A DNA stretch of 64,000 nt from the human T2T-CHM13v2.0 reference genome, Homo sapiens (GCF_009914755.1 NC_060929.1), one strand, 5' to 3'; positions 14,480 to 28,217 are shown, counted from the stretch's first letter. The notes: generated from the sequence alone by a model not told the origin. Numbers and translations: made by a program.

Positions 14480-15260
14480 CCTTTTTAATTATTTTAAGCA
14501 TACTTAAAAAATAATCTCTGGCTGTTTCATTATCTGAAGTTCTTGGGGGTCTATCCTTCTGTTTATTTTATCTGCTGATTTATCAGAATACTAGATTTTC
14601 CTTTTGAGCTCTATAATTTTATCTTGCACGAGCATCCTCAGTGGGGCTTTATCCATGGGATTCCTGTGTGGTTTGGGCTGAGTCTTTCTCCATCTAGATA
14701 AGTTTCTCATTTTCTTTTGCCAGGTGCTCCAGGACCACTTTTTATGTTAATTTCTTGCCTCAGGAATATGGGACTTTGCAAGGACAGAATACAATAAAAC
14801 CCAAAGTCATGAGAAGGAAGGCTTCTGGCTAAAAATTTTCAGGGGAGGTTTTTCCTCACTACGCATGCCTGGAATGTGGAACCAGACCAGCCTCCTTTTT
14901 ACCTCCCTGTTCCAGTGGGCATCTGAAAAACCATTTCACTGAGAATGCAGCCTTCTCAGGGGCCTGAATTAAGGATGAGGGTCTCATTTTCAAAACTCTG
15001 TTGCTCATAGATTCAAGGTCTTATCTCCTATGTGTGCAGCTATTAAAGAGAAGCCCCTGGGCTGACTAAGACCAGACTAACCCCTTTCCCAGGCACCAAA
15101 CCGGGGCGATGTGGCACATCTGTCTGAGTCCCTTCCATATTCATTTTTGACCCCTAGGGATCTTCATTATTTTCTTGTGAGCTCAGATACACATTTAAAA
15201 TAATCCTTGTGATATTTTAAACAGAGTATCTGTGTGTTTTATGGCAAGATAATTTTTACG
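14480..15260 (-). mobile_element. Old L1M/HAL1-type fragment
   Basis: tatctgaagttcttgggggtct... motif; highly diverged. Confidence 0.4.
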
Positions 15261-15399
15261 TTATCTGATTTATTTGCTTGATGTCCTAAAATTAACCTTT
15301 TTTGAATTATTTTGTGTATACTCAATGGATCTTATCCTTACATTGAAAGTATGTATACTTTTTCTTTTATGGCTGCTCAATCAGAGAATGTATTTTTAA

Positions 15400-15860
15400 G
15401 GCCATCTAATGGGATTTAGGACCAGGTCAATAGAGGTCAATAAAGGTCGTAATCGTTTCTTTGTGTTCTGTGCTGGCTAGCCTAACTGGAACACGGCATT
15501 TTGTTCTGGATGCTGTGTTTTCCAGAATATTAATAGACATTTGGTATGTTATGACAGGGAGTTAGGATGGTGAGGCATCAGGATATTATGTCAGTTGAAG
15601 AATGGTTTAAAACACTGAGAAATTTACCTTGGAGAAGAAAAAAACATTAGAGGATGTGATAAAATCTTTCGTGGAAGACCGGTTAGATTTATTCTTTGTG
15701 TCTTTAGAAGGCTTCACAACAGATGGAAGTTACAGAAGAAGACCAATTTGGGATTGATAGCAGGAAAACCTCTTTCTAAATACAGGCATCTGCACATAAA
15801 AAGATAGCCCACCCTACAGGTAGGTGATGACTTTGTCCTTTCCCCGTCATCTGCAGGACA
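15400..15860 (+). mobile_element. L3/CR1 LINE fragment
   Basis: CR1 RT 3' motifs (gaagaatggtt...ttggagaagaa...ttagatttattct...ggaagttacag). Confidence 0.7.
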
Positions 15861-15884
15861 AACATAGACAGATATTATCTTATC

Positions 15885-16145
15885 TATAGTTCTTAAGATC
15901 ACAGACTTTGGAATCAGATTACTTGGGTTCGAACGCTAGTTTTACCAGGTATTAGTTGTATGACCGTGGGAAGTTATTTAACCTCTCTGAGCCTCTGTTT
16001 GTCTATATGCAAAGTGATGTACTCACAGTAACCTAGGTCATGGGGTCACTGTAAAATTTAAATGGGGTAATACACGTAAAGCTGTTATAATATTGTACAG
16101 CATATGGTAAGCCCTGAAAAAGTGTTTACCAATATTATTATCATT
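15885..16145 (+). mobile_element. MIR, near full length
   Basis: ctttggaatcaga...gggttcgaa...aagttatttaacctctctgagcctc. Confidence 0.85.
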
Positions 16146-16214
16146 ATCATCTGTCAAGGATGTAAAAGAATGTGTAGAATCAAAATCTCACAGAACACTG
16201 GAGTTGTGAGTGAC

Positions 16215-17023
<809 letters not shown>

Positions 17024-17389
17024 ATGATCCTTATGGACATCAAAATAATATGTTCCCTATTCGAAGAACACCTCTGCAACATCTTGAGCAAGTTTCACAG
17101 CCTCCTCTTTAGTAATATCAGTGTTGGGGAAATAATAGATTGTGCTATAATAACCTTTACATACTTTTCCTATTCTCAAGAATCTACAGTTTTGGAATTA
17201 TTGTTTTTAAAATTTCTTTTGCAGTCTGGTTTACATTTGCTTACATTCCATTTGTATCATCTATCTCTATATTAAAAAATGTGCCAAACTCAGGTATATT
17301 TATCCCAATCCATGCCTGAATAGTTATTGAGGTTTTTACAGTGACCTATCACATTTAAAATAAGGGAGGTATATTAATCAACATTTTAT

Positions 17390-17850
17390 ATTTGCAAGTG
17401 TCAAAAAATAAGTGACTTAAGAATTAATGGAAATTTATTGGTTCACATAACAAAGAAATCTGGGAACAATTATAGCTTCAGTAGGATCCTGGTACTTAAA
17501 CCATGGCTTGGTTGCTCCAGACTTGATCTCTCCATCTCTGAGTGCTGGTTCTTTTTGATTGATTTTATTCAGCTAGTTAATACTAAGATGGCAAGGTGAT
17601 CACTGGCAGATCCAGGCAACTATGCTATCTTCTAAGAGCCTCAGTGGAAAGAGCTCAATATTTTCAGTGATTTCTAGAATTTGCATTCGTTGGGCTGACC
17701 AAGTCACAAAGCCAACCCTGGATAGAGCCAGCTCCATCCAAACTGCAGGGACATAGAGTAAGGAGTAAAAATTCTCTTTTAAAAAAAGATTAAAAAGCCA
17801 TTATCAGAAGGAAGGAAAATATTTGCTGGTCAGGCCACAATAACAGATGT
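17390..17850 (-). mobile_element. Old MaLR LTR (MLT1J/K-like)
   Basis: ttgcaagtg...aatttattggttcacataac motif; diverged. Confidence 0.55.
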
Positions 17851-18978
17851 GATATGCAAAGCACAGCATGTAATATACAAAACATCACATATGCTATATA
17901 TTATCATAGTTTCAACTCTAAGTTTTGCCTGAGGCTTATGGAGTCAATCCCATTGCTCTATAGTCATGTGTCAGGCTCTGTGTACACTTGTGTTTGTTTA
18001 TATTGTAGATAAAATTTACCAGATGGGAAAAATCCATCAGTGCTGCCTAGCCAATAAGCTGGCCTGGTGAAAGTGATCAGAGGAGGTGGGTAAATTTATC
18101 TTTGAACAAATGAATTAAATATGCACAGTAAATGGTTCATTGCACAGCAAGAGAGTGCCGCCTAATCGTTGGGGAAGAAAGCAGAGCCAGCAGAGCAGCA
18201 AGCCTCACGCGGTCATTCCTACAGTGGGGTCTGAGAGGTGGCCATAGCCAGGAGGCTAGCAGAGTGCTTTGTAGCACAGCACTTGCCCGAGTGTGCACTA
18301 TGTTAACTACAGCTGGGTCTGGCATAATCATCCCTGACTAATGGGTGGAGAGAGGAGGGGGTGCAAAGTGCTGAATAAATAAATTACTTAATTACATATT
18401 ATCGGAGAGAAGAACAGATGGTCAGCTTAGCCCATCTCCCAATGCCTTTGGCTTCTGAATGGAGAGTGGATCCTCAGAGACTGGAGGAGGTTGGGCTCTT
18501 GATTCTGTTTATCTTCTGGTCCTACTTGAGGCCCCTGGTCTTCAGGAACAAACAGGCCTCCTTTCCCCAAGGCTGGAAGGCACTGGGTGCTCTAGTGCCC
18601 GCTCTAGTGCCCCCTCTAAGCTGAATTAGGACAGGCCTAAGCTGGTCAGCATTTTCCACTTTGTTAATTTTGGCACCAGATGGAGGTGAAAATGGATTTT
18701 GTTTCCTGTAAAATGGTTGAAAAGTGATTTTCAATTGAGGATCTAATCAAATGTGAAAGGGGTAGTTGAGCATTTACTTAATGTGCTCAGGAGCATCTCC
18801 TATCATTGTAGACCGTATGCTTGTTTTCCTTTGCTTTGGATGTCCCCATAGAGAGTCCACTTATTTTTCTGAGTGTGGGTTGCTGTGGTGTTAGAGGGAA
18901 GGGTAGCTGGGGTTGTATTCTGGGAGCGTCCTGTTTGTTTTCAAATGCTTCAGTTTGGCATGGTAGAGGCTGCAGAGC

Positions 18979-19160
18979 AGTGGCTCCCAGATGCTCATGC
19001 CAGGTTGGCTGCATCGGAATCACCTGAGTTCTTTGTTAAAGTTACACATTCCTTAGCTCCACACATAGGGATTCTGATTCATTAGGTCTTGGGTAGGATC
19101 TGGAAATCTATTTCTCTAAAAGCTCCACAAGTGATTATAAAGCAAGTTTGGACATAACTG
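18979..19160. mobile_element. MER5-type hAT-Charlie MITE
   Basis: cagtgg...gaatcacctg...gattctgattcattaggtct...aactg. Confidence 0.75.
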
Positions 19161-19618
19161 TGTCTCAGCTGGGGAACAGGAAACAGATGGTAAACCAAAA
19201 AGTGTTATGAAATAGATTTTAACAATGGCCTGTTTACAAAGGTATGGGCAAGTTTAAGGGAAAATCTTCAGGGATGGTGAGGTTCCCCGGGCCAGCAATG
19301 GTGGGAAACAGGTACAAGGGGAGGGAGTGGTTATGAGAACCTGGTGAGACTTGTAGGTGTTAAGAGAGGACCCCTGGACAGGAACTGTGGACAGCCACTG
19401 TCATTCTGTGGTCCAGCAGGGAGGAAAATGAGAACAAATGCCCCAATCTGTCTCTCTTTTGACTTTTGATCTCTTCTTGGTGCTTTTCAGTGGCCAAATC
19501 CAAAGGGCCAGGGAGCCCAGTTGACGTAGTCTATAAAGGTCAGACTCCTGAGACAGAAAGCAGGATGGAGAAGGTTGGAGGGTGGACCTAGAAGGGCAAA
19601 TACAGAATATCTAGCACA
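19161..19618 (-). mobile_element. ERVL LTR (LTR33/LTR16-like)
   Basis: caggaaacagatgg...tttacaaagg...; ends gggcaaatacagaatatctagcaca. Confidence 0.75.
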
Positions 19619-20460
19619 CAGAGTATAGATAACATGTTGTAGTTATACATTTGTGTGCCAATTTGTGGATGACAAATATGCCAATATGTTTTGTTCTGTA
19701 GACATGCTTCTTTTCTCGGTGTAAATTGCCTCCACAGCTTCATCACAGAGACTGTAAACTCTTAAAGAGCAAGGGTGACATTTGATAGAATTACCTTCCT
19801 GTGTTGTGCCTACAGTTCAGCCAGTTCATATGCTGCTTCTGGCAAGGGCTGCAAGGAGAATATTTCAGAAAATCATAATTGTCTGCCTGGCTGTCAACTT
19901 TAAATTTAGTGACATATTGGTAGGATATTCTATTCTTTCTTACTGAGTAATTATGGATCTATCATTCTATATCTTTGAATTTACTTATTTATACTTTCCA
20001 GGGAGCTATTTATATTTGTAACCAATATGGTCTTCATGTTGGTTATTCTCAACATATTTCCTTACGAAACCATATATATATCCTTAGAGAAACCACATTG
20101 CTTTTACTTCCTAAAAGATTACATTCAGTTGTGTTGCTTTGTTTTGGTTTTATTTTATGTATTTTTTTCATTGTATTTAAAGCACACTTTTAATGACCAA
20201 TTATAATTGTAACTCTATATCAGAAGGTTTGGATTAATTTTGATTTTAGTATGCTGTGCATGATGATTTAAGAAATTATTGGTGTTTAGAGTCCCTCTTC
20301 ATGCTAGACACTAACAGGTCAAAGACAGAGTCTCCTATATCAGCTATTCACCAGGCAACCACTTGTGCTTGGTAGGGAGGTCCAAATCCTGGGTTTCATA
20401 TGAGGCAGCCTGCAGTAGTGGTTTAGAGCAGGGACCCTGCAGAAGCATCACCAGGGGTAT

Positions 20461-20918
20461 TGTGAAATGCAAAATACAAAAGGGCGTCACTCTGGTTCAG
20501 AGTTCTAAAATTGAGTTGGGAAGCCAGACTCAGAAGGACCACATGCATGGCCTGGAACCTTGACAAAAAAGACCCAGGAACTTGCCTTGATCCTTTCAAC
20601 AGGGCCAAATTGCCCTGACCATAACCTCCTGAAACTTCAGCTGAATTTTGCTAGTGCTGCAGTTCCTGAACAGCAACAGCAGATGAACTATGGACTCATA
20701 AACTAATCCAGCCACCTCCACCAATGATAATTCTTACAAAGCAACTTTTGTAGCACACTTAGCTTCCTTTAAAAAAAATCCCTGTTTCCCTCCCTCTCTT
20801 TAGAACACAATTAGCTTCTAGCTAAAACAGGATCTCCCAAATTGCAATTCCTAAGACCCCAATAAATGCCTTCTCTTACCAAATTGCAGTCTGGTTTTTC
20901 GCTTCTTCTTGGCTGACA
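20461..20918 (+). mobile_element. ERV solo LTR (family unassigned) inserted in a MIR
   Basis: TG...CA termini, AATAAA at 20861, near-TSD gtat/gtct; MIR resumes after (gaattctc...tgtgactttt). Confidence 0.7.
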
Positions 20919-21075
20919 GTCTGAATTCTCACGCCACCACTTACTGATGGTGTGTGTGACTTTTGGCATGCTATTTAACTTCTTTGTGACTCAGTTTTTA
21001 CTTATGCAAAAAGGAGCAGAATTATAGTTCTATCTCATCAACATGTTGTGAAGAGCAAATAAGAATGCAAACAGG

Positions 21076-21379
21076 GGCTGGGTGTGGTGGCTCACACCTG
21101 TAACCCCAGCACTTTGGAAGGCTGAGGAGGGCAGATGCCTGAGCCCAGGAGTTTGAGACCAGCCTGGGCAACATGGCAAAACCCCATCTCTACAAAAAAA
21201 TATAAAAATTATCTGGATGTGGTGATGTGTGCCTGTAGTCCCACCTGCTTGGGAGGCTGAGGTAGGAGGATTGCTTGAATCTGGGAGGTCAAGGCTGCAG
21301 TGAGGTTTGATCCCACCACTGCACTTCACTCCAGCCTGAGTGACAGAGTGAGACCCTGTCTCAAGAAAAAAATAAATAA
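21076..21379 (+). mobile_element. AluJ
   Basis: Dimeric Alu, gaggtcaaggctgcag diagnostic; TSD aagaatgcaaa. Confidence 0.93.
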
Positions 21380-21719
21380 AAGAATGCAAAAAAGCACATG
21401 GTGTCTGGAGAGTGAGTTACTGTTACTCGCTGTTCTAGTTCATAAGTGGAGAACATAAGAGCTAAGGAAATTGTGATTTAGGTCAGGTCATGACAAATTG
21501 GAAAGCAAGAAGTGGTTACACTATAATTTTCCTTCAGGTTTCCCTTTCCATTTTGAATAAGGCCCCCTTCCTTTATAGTAAGAAACTACATTGTAGTGAT
21601 TTACAGATCATTGGCAGAGTTCCGTAGAAGCTGATGTTTGTTTCTGAGGCTCTTTTCTCACTCCTTTCTAATTTCTATGGTGTACTAGAGCAGAGCTGTG
21701 ACCACAGCTTGCTCTTCAT

Positions 21720-21930
21720 TTGGTCCACTGGCTTTGAATCTCTACTCCTCCATTTTCTAGCTCTTTAATTTTTGGACAAAGCATTTTTACCTCTTCGTGC
21801 TTCAGTTTCCTTATACGTAAAGTGGAACCTACTTTATGGGATTGTTGTGAAGATTAAATGTGTGTGTTTATATGTGCATAAAGTTCCTCAAGTAGTTCTG
21901 GCAGGAGACTAAGAGGTCTGTGCCTGTTGG
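21720..21930 (+). mobile_element. MIR
   Basis: ttcagtttccttat...attgttgtgaagattaaatg. Confidence 0.65.
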
Positions 21931-22089
21931 CTTAACTTACTCTCTGCTTCAAATTGCTCATGCTTTGTTACCCATCCCTTTATCCTGCACTCCTGCGTCC
22001 TCAAGGTGTTTATACAAAAACACCTTGAGAGTCTTTTGTTCAAACCTTCTTCCCTTTACAAAATGTCCAAGCTCCTCGGGATTCTGACA

Positions 22090-22740
22090 CTTCCAGTACT
22101 ACTTTAGGACTGACAGGTCTCATCTGCCCCATTCCCCATTTGCTCTTTCCCAAGGCACCTTCATCTTAGTAAATGACATCATATTTCATCCAGGTGCTTT
22201 TACTTCTCTCTTTACCACATTGGATTCATCAGCAAGTCAGTTTTATTCAACATCTAAAATATTTCCCTAAGTTCTTCCACTTCTTTCTGCCTCACTGCCA
22301 CCATCCTAATTCCAGCCACCTTCTTTCACCTGGGACTAAAATAGTTCTTTCTTGCATCGGGGCCTTTGCATCTGTTCTGTTCTTTGCCTAGAATGCTACT
22401 TCCTCATCACTTTCCAAAGATGTATCTTCTTCACCATTTATATCTCAGCCCCAAAACACCCTGAAATATCTCCTCACAGGTCTTGATTATCTACTCTGTG
22501 TGTCATAACCACCCCTACCCCAAACCCTATAACGCATTGCCATGTTTATTTCCTGTAAGGCATTTTCAAACTCTTGAAAGCATTTTATTTTATGTTTTAC
22601 GTTTTTGTCTTCTCTTATGATTTTCATAAGGCAGGGGTTCTCTCCCATTCTATCTCTGGAAAATAGCAGTAGAAAAGTAGGATAGACACACAAAAGAATG
22701 CGGAATTGAATAGATGAAATTTTTGTTAAATTTATTCAAT
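22090..22740 (+). mobile_element. L2 fragments
   Basis: ggcctttgcatctgttctgttctttgcctagaatgc and related motifs. Confidence 0.6.
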
Positions 22741-22938
22741 AGAATGTAGGGAGCTTGGGTAGGTCTGTATGAGCTAGGGAAAGATAAGGAAATGTATACA
22801 CATTAGTTTCTTCAGTGGGGCAGAGATGGTGTAGGAGAGATGATTATTAGTTTTGCCTTTATGCAGTTTACAACAAATTACATTTAAATAAAGAAAATTA
22901 GAAAAAATATTGTATGGTGCTTAAAAACTCAGGCTTTG

Positions 22939-23283
22939 CATAAAAAGAATGAAATAATGTCTTTTGCAGCAATATCAACGTAACTATAGGCCATTATCTT
23001 AAGTGAAATAACTCAGAAACAAAAAGTCAAATACAGTATGTTCTCACTTATAAGTGGGAGCCAAGCTGTAGGTACACATAGACATACTGAGTGGAATAAT
23101 AAACATTGGAGACTCCAAAAGGTGGGAGGATGGGAGAGGGTGAGGAGTGAAAAACTACCTACTGGGTACAATGTTCACTATTTGGGTGATGGGTACACTA
23201 AAAGCCCAGACTTCACCACAATGCAATATCCATGTAACTAAACTGCCCGTGATCCCCCTATATCTATAACAAAATTTAAAAAG
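22939..23283 (+). mobile_element. L1PB-type 3' end (5'-truncated)
   Basis: ORF2 C-terminus (ttctcacttataagtgggag) plus 3'UTR gggtacactaaaagcccagacttcaccac. Confidence 0.88.
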
Positions 23284-23346
23284 GCAAATATAAGCATTCT
23301 TTCTTTTTAAAAAAAGTAAATGTCTTTTTAAAAATTGATTGACTGT

Positions 23347-23650
23347 GGCCAGGCGCGGTGGCTCACGCTTGTCATCCCAGCACTTTGGGAGGCCGAGGCG
23401 GGTGGATCACGAGGTCAGGAGATCTAGACCATCCTGGCTAACACGGTGAAACCCCATCTCTACTAAAAAAAAAAAAAAAAAAATTAGCCGGGTGTGGTGG
23501 CAGGCACCTGTAGTCCCAGCTACTTAGGAGGCTGAGGCAGGAGAATGGCGTGAACTCGGGAGGCGGAGCTTGCAGTGAGCCAAGATCACGCCACTACACT
23601 CCAGCCTGGGCGACAGAGCGAGACTCCATCTCAAAAAAAAAAAAAAAAAA
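23347..23650 (+). mobile_element. AluY
   Basis: gaccatcctggctaacacggtg and gagaatggcgtgaa diagnostics; long A tracts; partial TSD aaaattgattg. Confidence 0.93.
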
Positions 23651-23746
23651 AAAATTGATTGTTATAGGCGTCAAGCCAGCTCTGCTTGTAATAAACAGAA
23701 GGCAACTGCAAAAAACAAAACAAAAAACACCTCAGTGTTTGGAGCC

Positions 23747-24088
23747 TGATATGGTTTGGCTGTGTCCCCACCCAAATCTCATCTTGAACTGTAGCTCCCA
23801 TAATCCCCACGTGTCATGGGAGGGACCCGGTGGGAGGTAATTGAAGCATGAGGGCAGGCTGTGGTAGGGAATTCTCATGAGATCTGATGGTTTTATGTGT
23901 CTGGCATTTCCTCTGCTTGCACTCATTCTCTCACCTGCAGCCCAGTGAAGAGGTGCCTTCCATCATGATTGTAAGTTTCCTGAGGCCTCCCCAGGCATGC
24001 AGAACTGTGAGTCAATTAAACCTCTTTTCTTTACAAATTACCCAGTCTTGGGTATTTCTTCATAACAGTGTGAGAACGGACTAATACA
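23747..24088 (+). mobile_element. THE1C/D MaLR solo LTR
   Basis: tgatatggtttggctgtgtcccc...ggactaataca; perfect TSD gagcc. Confidence 0.93.
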
Positions 24089-24179
24089 GAGCCAGAGAGA
24101 CTTGGATTCAAATTCTCACTTCTCTATTTCTTAGTCGTGTGACCATGGGCTGCATACATTTTTTTCTGTTTCTCAAATA

Positions 24180-24580
24180 CAAAAACCTTTCCCCCTGTGT
24201 TTGGGCATTTAAGCTTGCTGCTGCTTCTCCCTGGAATGCTCTTCTTTTAGATATTCTCATGGCTGGCTTTAACTCATCTGTCAGGTCTTGCTCTGTTCAA
24301 ACGGCCCTCCTCAGATGGGATGTTCTTAATCACCCTGTGTAAAGTTTCTGCACTGCCAACTTACTCGTGTGACTGTCCGCTATGTCACCTTGTTTATTTC
24401 CTTACAGTACTTATGACTTTATAGAATTATCTTATTTATTTATTTGTTTATTTATTGTTCATTTCACTCAAAGGAACATAAGTTCTAAGAAAACAATTAC
24501 CTTCTCATTCTTGTTCACCTAACACCTAGTAAAGTATTGCCTGTGATATAGGCACTCAAATGTTTATCAATAAAAAGAAA
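24180..24580 (+). mobile_element. L2 3' portion
   Basis: ccctggaatgctctt...ttcttgttcac...taggcactca. Confidence 0.7.
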
Positions 24581-24798
24581 AAAAAATTTCCACCTGTGCC
24601 TCAGTGAACTCGACCACAAAATGAAAGGTGGCTAGCCCATGGGGACATTATAAAGTTCATATATGGTGAAGAAAAGCACTTAACACTCAGCCTGGCACAC
24701 TAAACATGGAATTCGTAATAACTATGGTTCTTACATTGTCCTAGATAATGTATTTAAATTTTATTAATACTCGTATCATTTTCCACACTAGTAGAATA

Positions 24799-25148
24799 CA
24801 GGTCAAATATCTCTTGTCCAAAATGCTTGGGACCAGAAGTATTTTGGATTTCAGTGTTTTTGGAATATTTGCATATTTATAATGAGACATATTGGGGATG
24901 GGACCCAGGTGTAAACATTTATTTATGTTTTATATATACCTTATACACCTAGGCTCTAGGCTATAAATTTATTTTTCCCTTGGGGTCGCTGAATAAACTG
25001 TGTATTGTGCACCTACATTTTGACTGTGACCTGTCACATGAGGTCAGGTGTGGAATTTTTCACTTGTGGTGTCATGTCCATGCTCAAAAAGTTTCAGACT
25101 TTGGAGCATGTTGGATTTTGTATTTTTGGATTAGGGATGCTCAGGCTG
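24799..25148. mobile_element. Tigger4/MER46-type MITE
   Basis: TA-flanked imperfect TIRs; aaaatgcttgggaccagaagt and tgaggtcaggtgtggaattt motifs. Confidence 0.85.
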
Positions 25149-25342
25149 AAATATGCATACTAGTTGCTAGATCTTGTGCAACTACTAACTTCTAGGCACT
25201 TTACATTCAACTTAGTTCTTCCAGTTGTTTGGGCAGAAACCTTGAAGTCATATTTGATTCTTTTTTTCCACACTCAACATAAACCTATATGCAACTCCTA
25301 TAGCCTCTACCTTTAAAATATACCCAGAATCTGACAACTTCT

Positions 25343-26692
25343 TTTTTTTAAATTAATTTAATTTAAAGTTCCGGGATACTTACGCAGGATGTTCAGGTTT
25401 GTTACGTAGGTAAACGTGTGCTATGGTGGTTTGCTTCACCTATCAATCCATTACCTAGGTATTAAGCCCAGAATGAATTAGCTATTTATCCTGATGCTCT
25501 CCCTCTCCCCACCTGCCATGACAGGCCCCAGTATATGTTTTTCCCCTCCCTGTGTTCATGTGTTCTCATTGTTCAGCTCCCATTTATAAGTGAGAACATG
25601 TGGTGTTTGGTTTTCTGTTCCTGTGTTGGTTTGCTGAGGATAATGGCTTCCATCTTCATCCCTGTGCCTGCAAAGGACATAATCTCATTCCTTTTTATGG
25701 ATTCGTAGTATTCCATGGTGTATATGTAGCACATTTTCTTGATCCAGTAGATCATTGACGGGCATTTAGGTTGATTCCATGTCTTTGCTATTGTGAATAG
25801 TGCTGCAATGAACACACGTGTGCATGTCTCATTATAATGAAGTGATTTATATTGCTTTGGGCATATACCCAGTAATGGGATTGCTGGGTCAAATGGTATT
25901 TCTGGTTCTAGGTCTTTGAGAAATCGCCACACTGTCTTCCACAATGGTTGAACTAATTTACATTCCCACCAACAGTGTAAAAGCATTCCTATTTCTCTAC
26001 AACCTTGCCAGCATCTACTGTTTCTTGACTTTTTAATAATTGCCATCTGACTGGCATGAGATGGTTTTGTGGTTTTGATTTGCATTTCTGTAATGATCAG
26101 TGATGTTGAGCCTTTTTTCATATGTTTGTTGGATGCATGAATGTCTTTTTTTGATGTCCTTTGCCACTTTTTAATGGCGTTGTTTTTTTCTTGTAAATTT
26201 GTTTAAGTTCTTCGTCGATTATGGATATTAAACCTTTGTCAGATAGATAGATTGCAAAATTTTTCTCCTATTCTGTAGGTGGTCTGTTCACTCTCATGAT
26301 AGCTTTTTTTTTTTTTTTTTTTTTTTTGCTATGCAGAAGCTCTTTAGTTTGGTTAGATCTCATTTGTCAATTTTTGCTTCTGTTGCAATTGCTTTTGACA
26401 TTTTTGTCACAAAATCTTTGCCCGTTCCTATGTCCTGAAAGGTATTGCCTCGATTTTCTCCTAAGGTTTTTATCGTTTTGGGTTTTACATTTGAGTCTTT
26501 AATCCATCTTGAGTTAATTTTTGTATCCAGTTTCAATTTTCTGCATATGGCTAGCCAGTTCTCCCAGGACCATTTATTAAATAAAGAGTCCTTTCCCCAT
26601 TGCTTGTTTTTGTCAGGTTTGTTGAAGATCAGATGGTTGAAAGTAATGGCAAAAACTGCAACTACTTTTGCACCAACATAATAGATGTGCAG
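25343..26692 (-). mobile_element. L1PA (about PA8-PA11) 3' 1.35 kb inserted in L2
   Basis: ORF 25573-26121 is the ORF2p C-terminus; TSD cagaatctgac(a/t)acttct at 25325-25342 and 26693-26710. Confidence 0.93.
26637..26681. mobile_element. Half MADE1 (Hsmar1 MITE) inside L1
   Basis: ttgaaagtaatggcaaaaactgcaactacttttgcaccaacataa followed by TA. Confidence 0.85.
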
Positions 26693-26709
26693 CAGAATCT
26701 GACTACTTC

Positions 26710-27945
26710 TTCCCACCTCTGCTGCAGTACTCTGGTTCCAGTCACCATCATCTCACCCTTGGATTAATGTAGTCACCTCCTAACTGCTCTGCTTGCTTCT
26801 CCCCTTCTCCCATCTCTTCTCCACAGTGTAGCCAGAGAAAACCCTATAAAAGGTCAAATCATGTCGCTCCTTTGTTCAGAATTCTCCAGTGGCTCACATC
26901 TGAGAGTGAAAGTCAAACCATTATCAAAGCTTATCAGGCTAAGCATTATCTTTTCCTCTGCCCTCTCTCTGTCCTTAACTCCTTGTAGTCTCCCCTTCTC
27001 TCATTATATTCCAGCTACAGCACATTCCTACCTCCAAGCTTGTGCAAACGCCACCTAGAAGTCTCCTCCCTCAGTTATATGCCGGGCTTACTCTCTCATT
27101 TCATTCAGATCTCTGTGAAAACATGACCCTAATAAAGAAAATGTGTTGTATATACACAATGGAATACTATTTGATCATAAAAGAGAATGAAATCCTGTTA
27201 TTTGCAACAACACAGATAAAACTAGAGGTAATTATGTTAAATGAAATAAGTCAGCACAGAAAAGGCAAACATTGCACGTTCTCACTCATATGTGGGAGCT
27301 AAAAGAATTGATCTCATGAAGGTAGAAAGTGGAATGATAGTTACCAAAGGCTGGGAAGGGTTTGTGTGTGGAGGTTGGATGAGAGAGATAGGTTAATGGA
27401 TACAAACATACAATTAGATAGAAGAAATAGGATCTAATGTTCAATTGCAGAGTAGGGTGACTATAGTTAAGAACAATGTATTTTATATTTCAAAATAGCT
27501 AGAAGAGAGGACTTATGTTCTCAACACATAGAAATTGTGGTAATTGATATCCTAAACACCCTGACTTGATCATTGCATATCCTATGCATGTAACAAATTA
27601 TTACAGGTACCCTATAAATATGTGCAAATATGTATCAATAAAAACAAAACAAAAGGTAAATCTAAAATATGATTCTATAAGACAGGTTATATATATGGTT
27701 ATATATTATATATATATTTAATACTCCTCATCACTCTTTACTGCATCCTGTTATTTTTCTCATAGCACTTATCACCATCTGACACATTTATCTGCTTGTC
27801 TCTTACCCACAAGAATGAAAGCTTGTCAAAGGCTGAGGCTGTTTAGTTCGTTGCTGTATCTCTGGCACCCATCTCGCTAATTGGCACATAGCAGTGCTCA
27901 TCAAATATTGGTTGAATGAATGAATAAATTAATTAATGAGTGAAT
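26710..27945 (+). mobile_element. L2 (split by L1MA)
   Basis: L2 motifs ending aatattggttgaatgaatgaat. Confidence 0.7.
27131..27655 (+). mobile_element. L1MA 3' end
   Basis: IKKMCCIYTMEYY...FSLICGS then L1MA 3'UTR and A-rich tail. Confidence 0.85.
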
Positions 27946-28217
27946 CACCTGTTCTTAAGAAGCATATTGTCTACTGTTTCACAAAAATAACCTGAATTTT
28001 TCCACTTAAATTAATAATTTAGTGAGTACTTATTTGGTACATTGCTAAGTATTTTTTTCAGCCTTATCACCAATAAGGGATTTTTTTGATTCACAGTATT
28101 CACAATATACTTCTTAAGAACAGGTGATTCACTCATTAATCCATTCATTCTTTCAACCAATATTTGATGAGCACTGTTATGTGCCAATTAGCGAGATAGG
28201 TGCCAGAGATACAGCAA
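27851..28217. repeat. Inverted duplication: arms 27851-27970 and 28102-28217, 131-bp spacer
   Basis: Manual reverse-complement alignment shows about 6 substitutions and one 4-bp indel. Confidence 0.95.

Noticed and set aside
25573-26121. 182-aa ORF on minus strand
   Set aside because: L1 ORF2p C-terminal remnant
27851-28217. Canonical pre-miRNA
   Set aside because: The 131-nt spacer is far larger than Drosha-substrate loops; kept only as an inverted repeat
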